63,532 nt of DNA, filler included, from Basidiobolus ranarum (GCA_040143965.1; 26 parts of 26 records of this genome joined end to end with filler, not necessarily neighbours in it); one strand, 5' to 3'; counted from the first letter of the whole stretch, positions 25,388-38,532 are shown. A program made the numbers and translations. The notes: generated by a model from the letters alone, not told the origin.

Positions 25388-26232
25388 CAGGCTTCAAGTG
25401 AGTGAGAATAATCTAGCTTCATTGATGAATGATGTTGAAGATACCTAGGACAAAAGATTCAGAGACTCTACTTTCCTTCCCTTTTCTGAAGTATTTTGCA
25501 ATAGAGTTCATATTCAAAGTATTCTTGACCAATTTCCTGTGAGAATTAACAGGCCCAAAAGCAATCAAAAGCTATTGTATTCAGGCAAGTACAAAGCTCT
25601 CTGTGTAAAGTTCCAGGCTTTAACAGATCTGGAAGGAAGCATCATTTGGTTTAGTGGGCCACACACAGAGGGAAACCTTGACAAAAGGCTTTTGGTAGAG
25701 AGGCATGCACCATTTGTAAGGTATGAAAAGACTATGTCTGATTCGGCATATGTTGGGGAAGAATGCAGAAGGCTGGTATATTTCACAACTAACAAGAGGC
25801 CCAGAGGAGGGATACCTGCAGATAGGCAAAAGCTTTATAATGCATATTTTCCTATTTTAGAGCAAGAGTAGAACATAACTTTGGTTTCCTAGAGAGATAT
25901 AGCATTGTAGCAGCAAAGTATAGAGGAAAATCATTTTGTGGGCCTCAATCAAAGTTGGGCAAAGTAGTCAAAATCTTGATTAATTCTCAATACATTCATA
26001 CTCAAAGATATCCACTAATAGCTCTAGACTTAAGACACTATGAATAAAGCTTTCATTATCTTTTGACTGTGCAATATTGTCTAAGAGTACTTTTCCTAGA
26101 TATACTCCAATAGTAAAACTGCTGTTTCTGAAATGGTAAATAATGATAGGCCAGATAGTGACCAATCATGCAAATTTGGGCTGGCAAAATTTTTAGCTGG
26201 CCTGATCTTGCTCAATTAAATGGGGCAAGTCT
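25388..26232 (+). mobile_element. PIF/Harbinger-group (DDE_Tnp_4-like) transposase pseudogene and right terminus
   Basis: LDQFPVRINRP..YSGKYKALCVKFQALTDLEGSIIWFSGP..D..SDSAYVG..YN..FRARVEHNFGFL, the DDE pattern of IS5/Harbinger nucleases. Confidence 0.85.
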
Positions 26233-26985
26233 ATTGTTGCTTATAAGATCCTATTGAGAGTTATAGAACCTAGGAATGGTTACTTACAGATTACACTGGA
26301 TTCTCTGGTATCAGGATGGATTAGGCAGCACAATTTGACTAGGTCTGACAGAACAAATCTGCTAAATAATAGTGTCACTATTTAGTGGATCATTTGGAAT
26401 GCATTGGAGTACCTACTGCTGATCATGTTATTGGAGTTACAGTCCTAATTAGACAGTGACAGAGGTTTCAGAGCCTGGTAATGGCCTTAGAATCACAAAC
26501 CATCAATTGGACCTAAAATCATGTATTTGGAAGACTTCTAGTTGAAAACTTACACAAATTGGTTTCCAACAAAAAGAGTTAAGATAATACTTTAATAGGC
26601 TATGGGTACCTTTGTATATAGAGCAACAGTGCATTAAGAAGAAAAGTAATACATTCTTTTATTACTACTAAAGAAGTGGCTATTCAGCTAGGATGGTTTC
26701 AGGAGAATTGGAAAAGAAGAAAAATGCACTAAATCTCTCAATGGAGTTAAAATAGAAAATTCCTTGTTCATATCTGCCTTATATATGACTACTAACTGCA
26801 ATTCTTGGATATGGTATATTGATGCTGGAGCCATGCAATATTTCACAAATGTAAAGTAATGATAAGTCAGGATGCACCATCACTGNNNNNNNNNNNNNNN
26901 NNNNNNNNNNNNNNNNNNNNNNNNNNNNNTTAATTAATTAANNNNNNNNNNNNNNNNNNNNNNNNNNNNNNNNNNNNNNNNNNNN

Positions 26986-28931
26986 ACAAAAGGAAAAAAA
27001 CCAGCAAGAACAGAGGACTTAATTGATGAGCAGTCTAGCAATCCACTATCTACTTTGGAAGGCATTAACATGCCAGAAACTAACTCAAGTAATGATGAAG
27101 CATTAATTAATTTGCCAGATGTGTTCCTTTCCAGCAATAGTGCAAGTGAAGAGATTGTAATCCCTCAATTACATAGTAAATCAATAGTTGAGCAAAGTTC
27201 AACCAAAGTACCGTCAAGACCATCAACTTCTAAAATGGCAACTTTGCCCACTATTGAACAACACACCGTAGAAAATTTGGTAAAAATTATTACAACAAGG
27301 GAATTGCAGGAAGAACACCAGAATGATTTGTATGCAATCATAAGTGAAAACTATAAAGTTGCTATACAGGCCATGACAAGCAATAATGCCACAATATTGC
27401 AATTAATACAGCATTTGGAAGTAACTAGTCAACAGTTAGAGAGTCACTCAACAATGATAGAAGACCTTCAGAATGCTGTACTTGAGCTACAGAAACATGC
27501 TGCTCCCTCTGTCCATTCTCGTATGGTATTTCAATCAATCCCACACCACACATATGAACATCACCATGACAATCTAGCAGAGCAGAATATGTGTCCGACT
27601 ATTAAGCCTACACAATGACCCAAATTTGCCTAGGCACATGAAGTGGAAATCTCATAGGAAAACCTGCAAACCAAAAGACTCTGAAAGCAAGAGCTGCCAT
27701 CAGTTGCTCTGATGATGAGTGGTGTAACATCTTGAAACTGTGCAGAATCTTGCCCAAAATCACCTGTATTTGAGCCAATCATGAAAAAACCAAAAACATG
27801 GCATTACTCCGAAGATTCCTGCCTTATTTATATATGGCTTATCCTGGGTTTATGCAAGCAAATGGCAATTGAGCTAGTACAGGCCTATTCATGAAGTATC
27901 TCATAAATGTATGCAATTATTGACTTGGAAAAGAAAGAAAAGCAGCTAAAGAAGTTCTGAAGCAGCAGAAAGTTAGTAAACCAAAGGGAGAAGCAAGGAA
28001 GCCAGTGAGTATAGGCTCTACTGTCCCACTTATCAAATTCTTCACATAATTAGAAAGATCTGCAATTCCGGAGTCTGAAATACTGGCAAAAAAGCCTAAT
28101 TTCACCATGGAACTGGGTACACCAGTTGGAACAGTGCTAAATTTGGAAGTTTATCCAACACCTGGCACCTCTTAACAAGCCAAAACACCAGCAAATAAAA
28201 CTCACAGCTCTCCAACCTCAACTGGTACTTTTCAAAGTGTTGAAATTAGCCCCAGAGTTAAAGGCAAGCAAAAAGCCACACAAACACTGCAAAGCACCCT
28301 CAGTAGTGTCACATTACAAGGACATACAAAAATAGTCAAAGTGCTTGAGTAGTTTTTTCAAAAGCATGAAGGGAAAAACACAGTGAAAGTATGCAGAAAG
28401 TGGCTTCAGAAAAAGAACATTCAACTTGACATTCAGTCTGGTGTTAACTATGCAGATATCTGGGAAGAACTTAATACAGAGTGGCACAATATTGCAGGGT
28501 ATCCACCAGATAGCTGGAAGAATGTTAATTCAGCAACATTAATACAATGGTGGGCTTTCAGGGAGATAATGATACAAACTTGTGTTGGGTATGAGCTAAA
28601 CCTTGGGTATAGAGAACTCTATAAAAATATTCTGGAGAATATATCAAAGAGACTGGGGATTTTGAAGGTGACAAATTAGCATTCAAGTGGTTATTATGTA
28701 AAATTTGAGTTACATTTCTCACAAATGTGTTGATCCATAGCTCTCTGAGATTGTAGCCAATCATGTGCAACTATTTTGTGAGATCTTGAGATTTCACTCC
28801 TGAAACTGAAAAAATTGATTAAAATCAAATCTGACTTGATGATATCATGATGGTAAGTAAACAGTAAATCCCAAATGGATTAAAATTGTAATGGTTTTCC
28901 CACAATAACATTTGTCAAATTTCTGTTAGGG
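26986..28931 (+). mobile_element. CACTA-like accessory ORF2 (most complete copy, decayed) and terminus B
   Basis: Long frame with a Ser/Thr/Pro-rich region, coiled coil, YPGFMQANGN(W)A motif and Trp-rich C-terminal domain; ends TTTCTGTTAGGG. Confidence 0.78.
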
Positions 28932-28991
28932 TAATTACTCAATCTACTTGCTTTAATTTTAGCTTTTTATCAAAAATCCTTTGCCTTTCAT

Positions 28992-29335
28992 CCCTAACAA
29001 AAATACAATTGATTGGATCAAGATTGGATCCACCATTCTAAATTGCTAAACTGTCAGAGAACCATCACAATATTGGTGGCTTGCATTCTGCCAGGGATTT
29101 TGATAGTGTGATGGTGGTTTCTTGATGGTATTTTGATGGTATTCAAACATGTAAAAATATTGATCCTCAAATTTGGCATGTGTTATTCAATATCCAGCAA
29201 TTTTTGCAAAAATATAATTTTTGGATGGCAAATTACTGGGTTTACTGCTGTAGGAATTTGAATTAATATGCATGCCTTTATTTAGATATTTTAGGCTTTG
29301 TATTCCAGCCATAATGAGAATCAAAAAATACAAGA
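28992..29335 (-). mobile_element. CACTA-like terminus A
   Basis: CCCTAACAAAAATAC..GGATTGGATCC-like start, homologous to 12568 onward. Confidence 0.8.
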
Positions 29336-29435
29336 NNNNNNNNNNNNNNNNNNNNNNNNNNNNNNNNNNNNNNNNNNNNTTAATTAATTAANNNNNNNNN
29401 NNNNNNNNNNNNNNNNNNNNNNNNNNNNNNNNNNN

Positions 29436-31385
29436 AAGGAAAGTCTACGAAGTCGAAAGACTGTTGACAAGTGACAAAGGGTATGGTGATAACAAACAGC
29501 GGGTATGTGAAAGACTGATAGAGAGTTTACGAAGTGCTAATGACCCCTAACAAATGATGAAGAGTAGGGTGCCAAAAACGACGGGTATGGGAAACACTAA
29601 AAGGAGAGGCTTCAGAGTGGTAAAGACTGCCTGGAAACGATGAAAGTTATGATAAAGACATGGTGCCAAGGAATGAGCAGTATGTGAAACACTGAAAAGA
29701 AATTTATGAAGTGCTAATGGCCACTGACAAATGATGACGAGTATAGTGCCACAAACGATGGTAATGGGAAACACTTAAAGGAAAGCAAATAAAGTGGTAA
29801 AGAAGTGCTAAAGAGTACTGAAAACGATGAAGGGTATGGTGATAACAAACAACTGGTATGGAAAACACTTAAAAGAGAGTCTAGGCAGTGCTGAAGGCTA
29901 CTGACAAGCGATGAAGGGTATGGTGTCAAGAAATGACAAGTATGGATAACACTTAAAGCCGAGTCTACGAGCAGCTAAAGACCACTGATAATTGCCAAAG
30001 AGAATGGTGCCAAGAAACATCAGGTATGTAGATAAAGACTACTGACAGATGACAAAGCATATGTTACCAAGAAACCACTGGTATGGGAAACACTTAAACA
30101 AAAGTTTATACAGTGCTAACGACCACTGACAAATGATGAAGGGTATGGTGAAGAGGAATGAGCGGGATGTGAAACATCTGAAGAACAGTCTACGAAGAGC
30201 TAAAGACCACTGACAAATGACAAAAGGTTTGTTGACAATAAACAATGAGTATGAAAAACACTTAAAAATGACTTTATGTAATGCTAAAAACCACCGATAA
30301 GTGACAAAGAGTATGGTGACAACAAACGAAGGGTATGGGAAACACTTAAAGAAGATTCTACGAAGTGTAAAGACTGCTGACAAGTGACAAAGGGTATGGT
30401 GAAAACCAACGGCAGGTGATGGAAACGCTTGTGAAAGAGTTTACGAGCCTTAAGGACTGCTGACAAATGACAAAGCGTACGGTTATGACAAACGACGGGT
30501 ATGAGCAATACTTTAAGAAAAGTCTACAAAGAGCTAAATTATAATGACAAATGATGAAGGGTATGGTGATAGCAAATATCGGGTACAGGAAACACTGATA
30601 GCGAAGTCTACTAAGACCTAAAGCCTGCTGACAAAAGACAAAGGGTATGGTGGTAACAAACGCCCGGTATGGGAAAGGCTTAAAGGAGAGCTTATAAAGT
30701 GCTAGAGACTATGGGAAACACTGATAGCAAAGTCTACGAAAAGGTATACACTGCTGATATGTGACAAACTGTATGGTCATACAAAACGTTGGGTTTGGGA
30801 GGACACTAAAAGGATAATGAGTTTACGAAGTGGTATAGAATCGCTAAAGACTACTGACAAATGACAAAGGGTACGGTGATGACCAACCACCGGTGTGGGA
30901 AAAACTTAAAGGAGAGTGAACAAAGTGCAAAAAACTACTGACAAGTGATAATGAGCATAGAGCCAGGAATAACGGGTATGGGAACACTTAAAGGAGAGTT
31001 AACCTAATGCCGGAGGCTACGGGAAAATATAACGAGCAGTATGGGAAACACTTACAAGAGAGTTTGCGAAGTGCGAAAGACTACTGAGACATGACGAAAG
31101 GTATGGTCATAACAAACAAGCGGTATGGGAAACATTTACAGCACAGTCAAGGCAGTGCTAAATACTATGACAATCGATGGAGGGTATGGTACCAAGAAAT
31201 GACGGGTATGGAGAACATTTAAAGCACATTTTATTAAGTGCTAAATACAACTGACATGTGGCAAAGGGTACGGTGTCAAGAAACAGCAGGTATAGGAAAC
31301 AATTAAAGTAGAGTTAGTTTATTGAGTGTAAATGACGAAGAATATAGTGATGGGAAACACTCAAGGGATAGTCTACAAAGCGCTA
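29436..31385. repeat. Diverged 84-bp tandem satellite (over 20 units; another partial unit near 31710-31783)
   Basis: Approximate consensus GACAAATGACAAAGGGTATGGTGATAACAAACGACGGGTATGGGAAACACTTAAAGGAGAGTCTACGAAGTGCTAAAGACCACT; unit starts at 30044, 30128, 30212, 30296. Confidence 0.92.
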
Positions 31386-31883
31386 TGGATTCTTGTTCAT
31401 TTTTATTCAAAACAAAGTTATTGGCGCTTCATCTTAATTTTTATTAAAATCAATAGTTGAACTCTTTATGAATGTCTCATCCAAACAAACAAAGAGTAAA
31501 AAACCTTGTTAATTCCCACATGATTGGCTACAAACTTGATTACATTAAAACTGCTCATCAAATAGTATTTTTAGTTAGGTTAGGGTTCAAAACAAGTCAC
31601 TTGGTCCTTGACTGTACATAAACAAGTTGACAAGGAACTCAGGTTTGAATGCATTAATGTCAGTATTAACATGTGGGAAAGGGTTAGGCGTAACTATAAT
31701 ACTTCAAGTAAAGTCTACAAAGTGCGTAACATAACTAACCAATGCTGAAAGGTACGGTGCCCTAAACGACGGGCATGGAAATANNNNNNNNNNNNNNNNN
31801 NNNNNNNNNNNNNNNNNNNNNNNNNNNTTAATTAATTAANNNNNNNNNNNNNNNNNNNNNNNNNNNNNNNNNNNNNNNNNNNN

Positions 31884-32369
31884 GAAGTGGATTCCACTGA
31901 GTAAGAGTCGTCAGCTATATAAAGTCGAGGTTAATCAATTGATAACTCCTTTCCCAAAGTATAACACTTGGTGCAGACTCGGTTAATATGCTGGAGGATA
32001 TTCATCGTGAATATATCTTTATGAGATGGAAAGGTGCGTTAAGGACGGAGCAGTGCGATACAACACCATCCAATACTAACCTACTTACCTTGGCTAGAGA
32101 GGTTTTTTGTGAATGTTTCTGCGCAAGACAGTGGATTAACAATCGCTGGGTTTTACTATGTATGTCTACGTAGGTCCGATGGCTTGATCGAAGGTTGGTA
32201 GTAATATGGGATATTCTTGATATGTATACGATATTGTTCTACGTTTTAACGGTTTTTATTTCCATTAGGATTTTATTTCGATCCTAGTTCTACTCCGTAT
32301 CAGCGCCTCTTACTGAGACCAAAGTTGGATGGTTGTGGAGTTTCTTTCAGCAGCTATGCCTTTGCTTAA
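31884..32369 (+). CDS. GID4: GID4/Vid24-family substrate receptor of the GID/CTLH ligase, 3' exons
   Basis: Spliced translation EYIFMRWKE|RFFVNVSAQDSGLTIAGFYYVCLRRSDGLIEG|FYFDPSSTPYQRLLL...AFA*, matching the family motifs FMRWKE and AGFYY. Confidence 0.85.
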
Positions 32370-33059
32370 AATCACGAGGATCGTTTTTCAATATTACTGT
32401 TTGCTCTTTACTTCAGCCATACGGCTTTCTTTACTCATCTTTAAATCACCTTGTCTGCACATCTCTACCATCAACAATCCCTTTACCCGACTTCACCCGA
32501 TCGGTAATATCCTCGTCACGTATGACAAAGGTAGTAATTCTTCGATATGGGAGATTCGGTCGTTCAAAAAAAAGACTGTGTTCACCGGGACTTCAAATAC
32601 TTGCACGTCCTATTATGCTCATTACAGTTAATTCTCTTAAAGATTTGTGTATTTCTAGTGAACTTCAATGGACCAAAACCACCTTATTATTTTATTTTCA
32701 CGTCATAAGAGAATCCATCTTTAAATTTCGATACTTTTCTTTTAATGATCCATCACGTAACATCGACTCATTGCCCTTTACTTTTGTATGAGTGAGCGTG
32801 TGTTAGCAAAACAGCTCTACTGAATATTTTTCTTTTGTAAATTAATCTATTCTTTTACATTTATCTCCTGTCTTTTACAATATTGACCTTCGATTCCCGC
32901 ACCCTCTTCACCCTTCAACTCCAATCACCTTACTCTATCGTATGTTTGGAACTTTTCTTTTCACCCTCACTCGTATGTCTTCATCCCCCCCAAAAAAAAC
33001 CACTCTACGCAACGTCTAGTGTAATCACTTTAGGAAGCGAAAACAATCATCCTGATTTA

Positions 33060-34231
33060 GACTAATAAAATGGTCGGAAGGCGTTTTCTCTTTTGGTAAT
33101 TGCTAGTTTAATAAATATCCGTTAGCCTGTGATAGATTGTACATGGATTATTTGCTGTAACAGGGTAAGAGATCAATTTAGATATACTAGGCATCGATTT
33201 GCAATAGTGGTCCTCCAAATACGCTGATGGATGATGATCCCAACATTACTCAAGGAGAGTTTGAACCTTTTGAGTCAGTAGTTGATTTAGATAGGTTGTA
33301 CAATCATTCATTACTGAATGGGTTCCAGAAAGGATTTGAGCCGTAGAGGGTAAATAAAACATAATTGGATTACACTGTGAAGTCAACCTGGATTTTGTTA
33401 AAAGTGCTTCACAAGATTCAATCAGAATTTCCATCTCCTACCTATAGGTTGCGAATTCCCAGCTGGTTGTAAAGTTTGTATTCACTGAAAAATGGTCTTC
33501 ATGTACTAAAGGGGATAGTGATTTCCGTAAGTCGAACGTATCGATTATCTTCTTATCGTACGATTTGATCTTTCGACCAGAAGAGTTGTTTTTAGTATAG
33601 GATTGTTTGCTCAATCAATAAAGTAGAAGACAACCTTTATGAGAGCATCTAGAAGCTCAAATATAACTACTGCATCCGTTTGGTTGGAAAGTTCTCTTAT
33701 CAGTAGATTTAATAAAATGTCCATTGTTTCTGAATTAAGAAACAGTGGAAGCCAGGTAGGAGTCTGTTCCACGAACTTCAAAAAGAGGTTCAGAATATAG
33801 TACTGAATTCGATAAAGTGTTTCAGAAAAATTTACTTACAAAGCTGATGATTCTTAAGAATCCTCGAAGACTAGGCCTATACATTGAATCTTTATAAACA
33901 TGGGTTGTCTTAGTTTTTGTTGGTTGAGCTTCAATTTGGTATTATTAAGGGTGTACTTACTTGCTGTTCCTATTTGAAATTGAAAAAGAGATCGACATGA
34001 TTTTAGGTGTCTATAATTCCATCGTTGATTTACCAGGAACCGGGCTATATTATTACCGTTAATAAATGTTAACAAAAATGGAGTTATTTCTCAACCTTTG
34101 GGATTTGATATATATTTGACGAAGACTTGAAAAGTTTTTGAGATTTCATCAAATATAAAGGCGTATTTCACTTCCAACTGTAGCGTTTAAATATTTATCT
34201 CAATGAATATTACAAATCAATTAGTTTACTC
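33060..34231 (-). CDS. Unidentified multi-exon gene, 3' part (helical protein); boundaries uncertain
   Basis: CpG-retaining sequence with GT-AG-bounded open segments such as KFVEQTPTWLPLFLNSETMDILLNLLIRELSNQTDAVVIFELLDALIK; exon chain not fully resolved. Confidence 0.4.
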
Positions 34232-35572
34232 NNNNNNNNNNNNNNNNNNNNNNNNNNNNNNNNNNNNNNNNNNNNTTAATTAATTAANNNNNNNNNNNNN
34301 NNNNNNNNNNNNNNNNNNNNNNNNNNNNNNNGGTTCCAAAATGCTGGATAATAATACAATAGTATCATCTTGATACCTTGCAGTATAAAGAATATTCAGG
34401 TTAACTCATACTATTGGTCTGCACACCTTTCCAAAGGTATATATGCTTACTAAGAAACCACTCAAAGCCAATGAAAATGTATGAGCATGGATATTATTGC
34501 TGATATAATACATTTCAGAATATAATCAAGTATGAGTAGAGGTAATTGTTTCATGACAAGCCATTTGGTACTCAACCACTTGTGGACTCTTCACAGTTTT
34601 ATTGGTAATATGAAAAGTGCAATGAATGATTTGCATGCCAAGTAAAAAAAATATCTCCTAAAACCACAGATGCCAATTTTTTTCCATTAGTCTGTGACTT
34701 TTGGCTTATTTGCTGACTGTTGGAGCCCAACCACCACTTGAGTATAAATGACCTTTGAATACAGAGATATTATGAGTCAAGAAATCTACTATACTTCTAT
34801 ATTGGCCCATATTTTGTGGCAGAAGAAAGTTAACAATCCAGTATTTTATGAATGTCACAAAATTAATATATGCCTTGAAAATTACCCTGGACTACCCACT
34901 GCACTCCTCCATAAAAAACAATTCTTTCTTGATCCTGAGAGTAGATTAATATTTCTTGATAATAAGAATTTAAGAATACAACTATTATTTTCATCCTGTT
35001 CACAGGTACTTGACTAAAAGCTGGGATAGCTAGATACCTCTGCTCAAAGTAGAATATTTTACAAAATTGTTAGATAAGCAGAAGCTCTACTTGTAGCTCC
35101 TAACCCTATGAAGTTGCTTGCATTTGCAATAGAAATATTTGCCATAGTTATAGCAGAGTTTTGTTCAGCATATATAGCTTAATAGAAGAGGTAATTTCTA
35201 CTAGAGAAGGGTTTTACTTACATAAAGTTGATATACTAACTATTTTTCATCAGAGAATTGTGCTGATAGAAAGACAAATATATAATTGAGTAATCAAGGA
35301 ATTTAAAAAGTGGCTGTGATGATTATTTGTGACTTTGGTTTGTACAGTATCTTCAAGTTATTTACCTACCATTAACATGATTGAAAGAACTCAGAATAAA
35401 TGGCCACAGATAATCCATTATTGGTACAAATTGTTATTGGAGCAATATATCCAGCTTATTAACAATATTCCACTTCCCCCATTTTTCCATCTGAATTGTT
35501 CACTTTGCAAATTTTAGTTTGCATTTAGCTAACCCATGTCTGAAAATTATAGGCATATGAATTACACTTACC

Positions 35573-35856
35573 CCCTAACAAAAATAAAATTGCTTTAATC
35601 CGGATTGGATCCACCCATCTGGATCACAAAACCATCAAAGAACCATCACAATATTGGTGTCTTGCATTCTGCCAGGGATTTTGATGGTGAAACAGTGGCT
35701 TCTTGACAGTATTTTGATAGTATTCATACATGTAAAATATTAATCCTCATATTTGGCATGTGTTATTTAATTTCCTACCATTTTTGCACAAAACTAATTT
35801 TGAATGGCAAATTACTGTGTTTACTGCTCTATGTGTTCAAATTAATATGCATGCCT
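35573..35856 (-). mobile_element. CACTA-like terminus A interrupted by a Copia LTR
   Basis: CCCTAACAAAAATAAAATTG..CCGGATTGGATCC. Confidence 0.8.
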
Positions 35857-36560
35857 TGTTGAAATTAGCATTGCCTAAGCACCTATATAGTAATATATAA
35901 GTCATATAGAGCTTAGTACTGAGCTATCTTATAATTCACTAAGATATTATCCATTATTCTCAATTAGAATCTACTTAGAATATCTTTACCAACTTAGAAG
36001 TTCTCAGATATATAGATTTTTCAAACCTGTGCTATAAGCCCCAATCTTTGCACACATGTTCCTGGGACCTTACTTACACATTCCACATGTTAGTTTGCTT
36101 ACATCTTGAAAAAACTATAAATGTAAATTTTCTATTCAATATATCAATAAGTGAAAATCACCAATTCCTGTAATTCTCAAACCACCTCCAACAGGCTCCC
36201 AGATACTTTAACAGGCTATGAGCCCTGAGCTTGCACTCTCTGTAATGTCTACTTCTCAAATTGATGGAACTTTTCCCTCTTCTGAAAAATTGGATGGAAA
36301 CATTTATGAAGTTTAGAAAATTAAAATGAAAATGCTGCTGCAAGGAAAAGGACTTTGGGACACTGTTGTAGGAGAATAGAACAATTGAAAACAATCTGAA
36401 ACCAAAGTTTTACTCTGAGTTAAGTAAGAATAAAGTGCCTTTAACACAATATGTCTTAATGTTACAGACAACTTGCTAATTTAATGTTTGAGAGCTAAAA
36501 CTGCCAAGAAGGTATGGAAAGCCTGAGAAGACACCTACCAAACAAGTTCTGCTGCCAACT
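35857..36560 (+). mobile_element. Copia family A 5' LTR (35857-36213), PBS and gag start
   Basis: TGTTGAAA...TTTAACA then GGCTATGAGCCC; MSTSQIDGTFPSSEKLDG. Confidence 0.9.
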
Positions 36561-37264
36561 TAGGGGGGAGACAGTCACCAACAGGTGAAATCTTTATTTC
36601 AAACAAAACAAAGAAGCCATAACTGCTTTTGTAGTTGCTTAACTAATGTCTGGAGATCAGGAGTATTGGTACAAATGNNNNNNNNNNNNNNNNNNNNNNN
36701 NNNNNNNNNNNNNNNNNNNNNTTAATTAATTAANNNNNNNNNNNNNNNNNNNNNNNNNNNNNNNNNNNNNNNNNNNNCACAACTCACCACTAGAATTGAG
36801 GTAACACCTCCAACAAGGGCAAGAGCCCAACAAGTTGGTTCATCAGCTAGTAGTACACATCAACAGCAATGCCAGCTTGGAAGAGTCCATGATGTTTCTG
36901 CCATTTTTGATGAGAGCAAGCAGTCAATGAAGAACCAGATGGAGGATGGCCCGCATTCTCACACATTGTAGCACACAATTTACCTGATTCAACCAAACCA
37001 ACCAGTGAGCTTTTTATATCTAGAGTAGAGTCAGCTCCAATGAGCATGCTACCAGAAAGACATACCGGTTTAATGCGTACTACAGCGCAACAGCAACAAG
37101 GCCAACCTCAAGAATTATTGAACCTTCCACTTTGTTGGATGAAGATCTGACACCTGAGAGCAATCTACTAAGATAGCAATTGGTTATAATTTGTATCCCC
37201 ACAAGACCAAGACAATGGGTGTTTGAGAGAGATAGTGAAGTTCTTACTGAGCTTCAAGAAGCCA

Positions 37265-37900
37265 CAACAGCTGAACACAAACCTCAAGGTAGACAGTATG
37301 CTCCATTGCGTTCCACCATGCAACAGAGGTCATGGCAGCCAGTCAAATGAGATGAAGCTTTTACCATGGTTGAAGAGGCAAGAACAACCAAATGCAAACC
37401 TCAAGGTATATGACTTGCTCCAACATATACTGGAATGTGACCATGGCAATGGCCAGTCAAAAGAGATGAAGCTTCTACCATGGTTGAAGAGGCAATAACC
37501 ACCAAACACAAACCACAAGGTATATGGTTCACTCCAACATGTACTGCCATGCCACTGCAGCTATGGCCAGTCAAAAAAGATGAAGCATCTACCTTGGTTG
37601 TAGAGGCAAGAACTGCCAAACACAAACCACAAGGTAGATGACTTGCTCCAACATGTACTGCCATGCAACCACAGTCATGGCCAGTCAAAAGAGATGAAGA
37701 TTCCACCGTGGTTGAAGAAGCAATAACTGTCAAGCACAAACCTCAAGGTAGACAACTTGCTCCAACATGTTCCACCATGCAACAGAGGTCATGGCAGCCA
37801 GTCAAAAGAGATGAAGTCTCTACTGTAGTCAAAGAAACAATAACTGTCAAGCACAAACCTCAAGTGAGACAATCTAGGCCAACAGGTAGAGCTGCACACC
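37265..37900 (+). repeat. Frame-preserving 114/117-bp tandem repeat (5-6 units) in a decayed ORF (~36778-38016)
   Basis: ACC(T/A)CAAG motif at 37281, 37398, 37512, 37626, 37740, 37857; peptide unit ~PVKRDEASTVVEEAITVKHKPQGRQLAPTCTAMQPQSW; in-frame TGA where other units have Arg or Gln. Confidence 0.85.
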
Positions 37901-38532
37901 AGCAGCAATGGCTGGTTGACCAATTAAGTGAAGGCTCCACATCTGAAGAAGAGACTGTAGATACAAACAAATCTCAAACTAGACCAGATGAGCCAACTCA
38001 TACCACGGTGCATTGACCTCAAGCCACAACTCATGCTGGCCAAGGTAGAGGAGCTTCAGCAGGACCGAACCAACCAATTCAGCACAGAGGTTCAAGCAAA
38101 GTTCCTTCTGTGGAAATATCAAGGAGACAACAAAAGTAACAGAAGCAAATCAGCATATACTACTTCAAACCTAGGCAACTGCTGAATACTTTTGTTAATA
38201 CTTACAATATCCTATCTTGACTGAATAGCACATCATGCAAAATTGATATGGATCGCAGTTAAATATAGCATAAATTGCTTTAGTTAGATCACAATTGCTT
38301 ATGTATTTATGAAACACTGATAGCGTGAAATTGTCATATATCAAAAAAACAAAGATAGCCTATTAATACAAGCAATTTCACTATAATGAAATGAAAAATG
38401 TCTGTCAATAAAAAGCTTGCGCAGCCATATTGGCTTGATATGGCTCAATCCATTCACCTTTTCACTCAACTAGAAGCTACATAATTGAATGAACAATTTG
38501 CTGATCTAAAATGATGAATCAAGCAATCCTGT

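Noticed and set aside
24536-26232. Apparent single composite element carrying CACTA ORF2 plus a Harbinger nuclease
   Set aside because: The CACTA terminus at ~25387 cuts into Harbinger-like sequence that is continuous at ~9530-9723, so this is a nested insertion
29436-31385. CRISPR-like array
   Set aside because: Whole 84-bp units are homologous; there are no unique spacers and no cas genes
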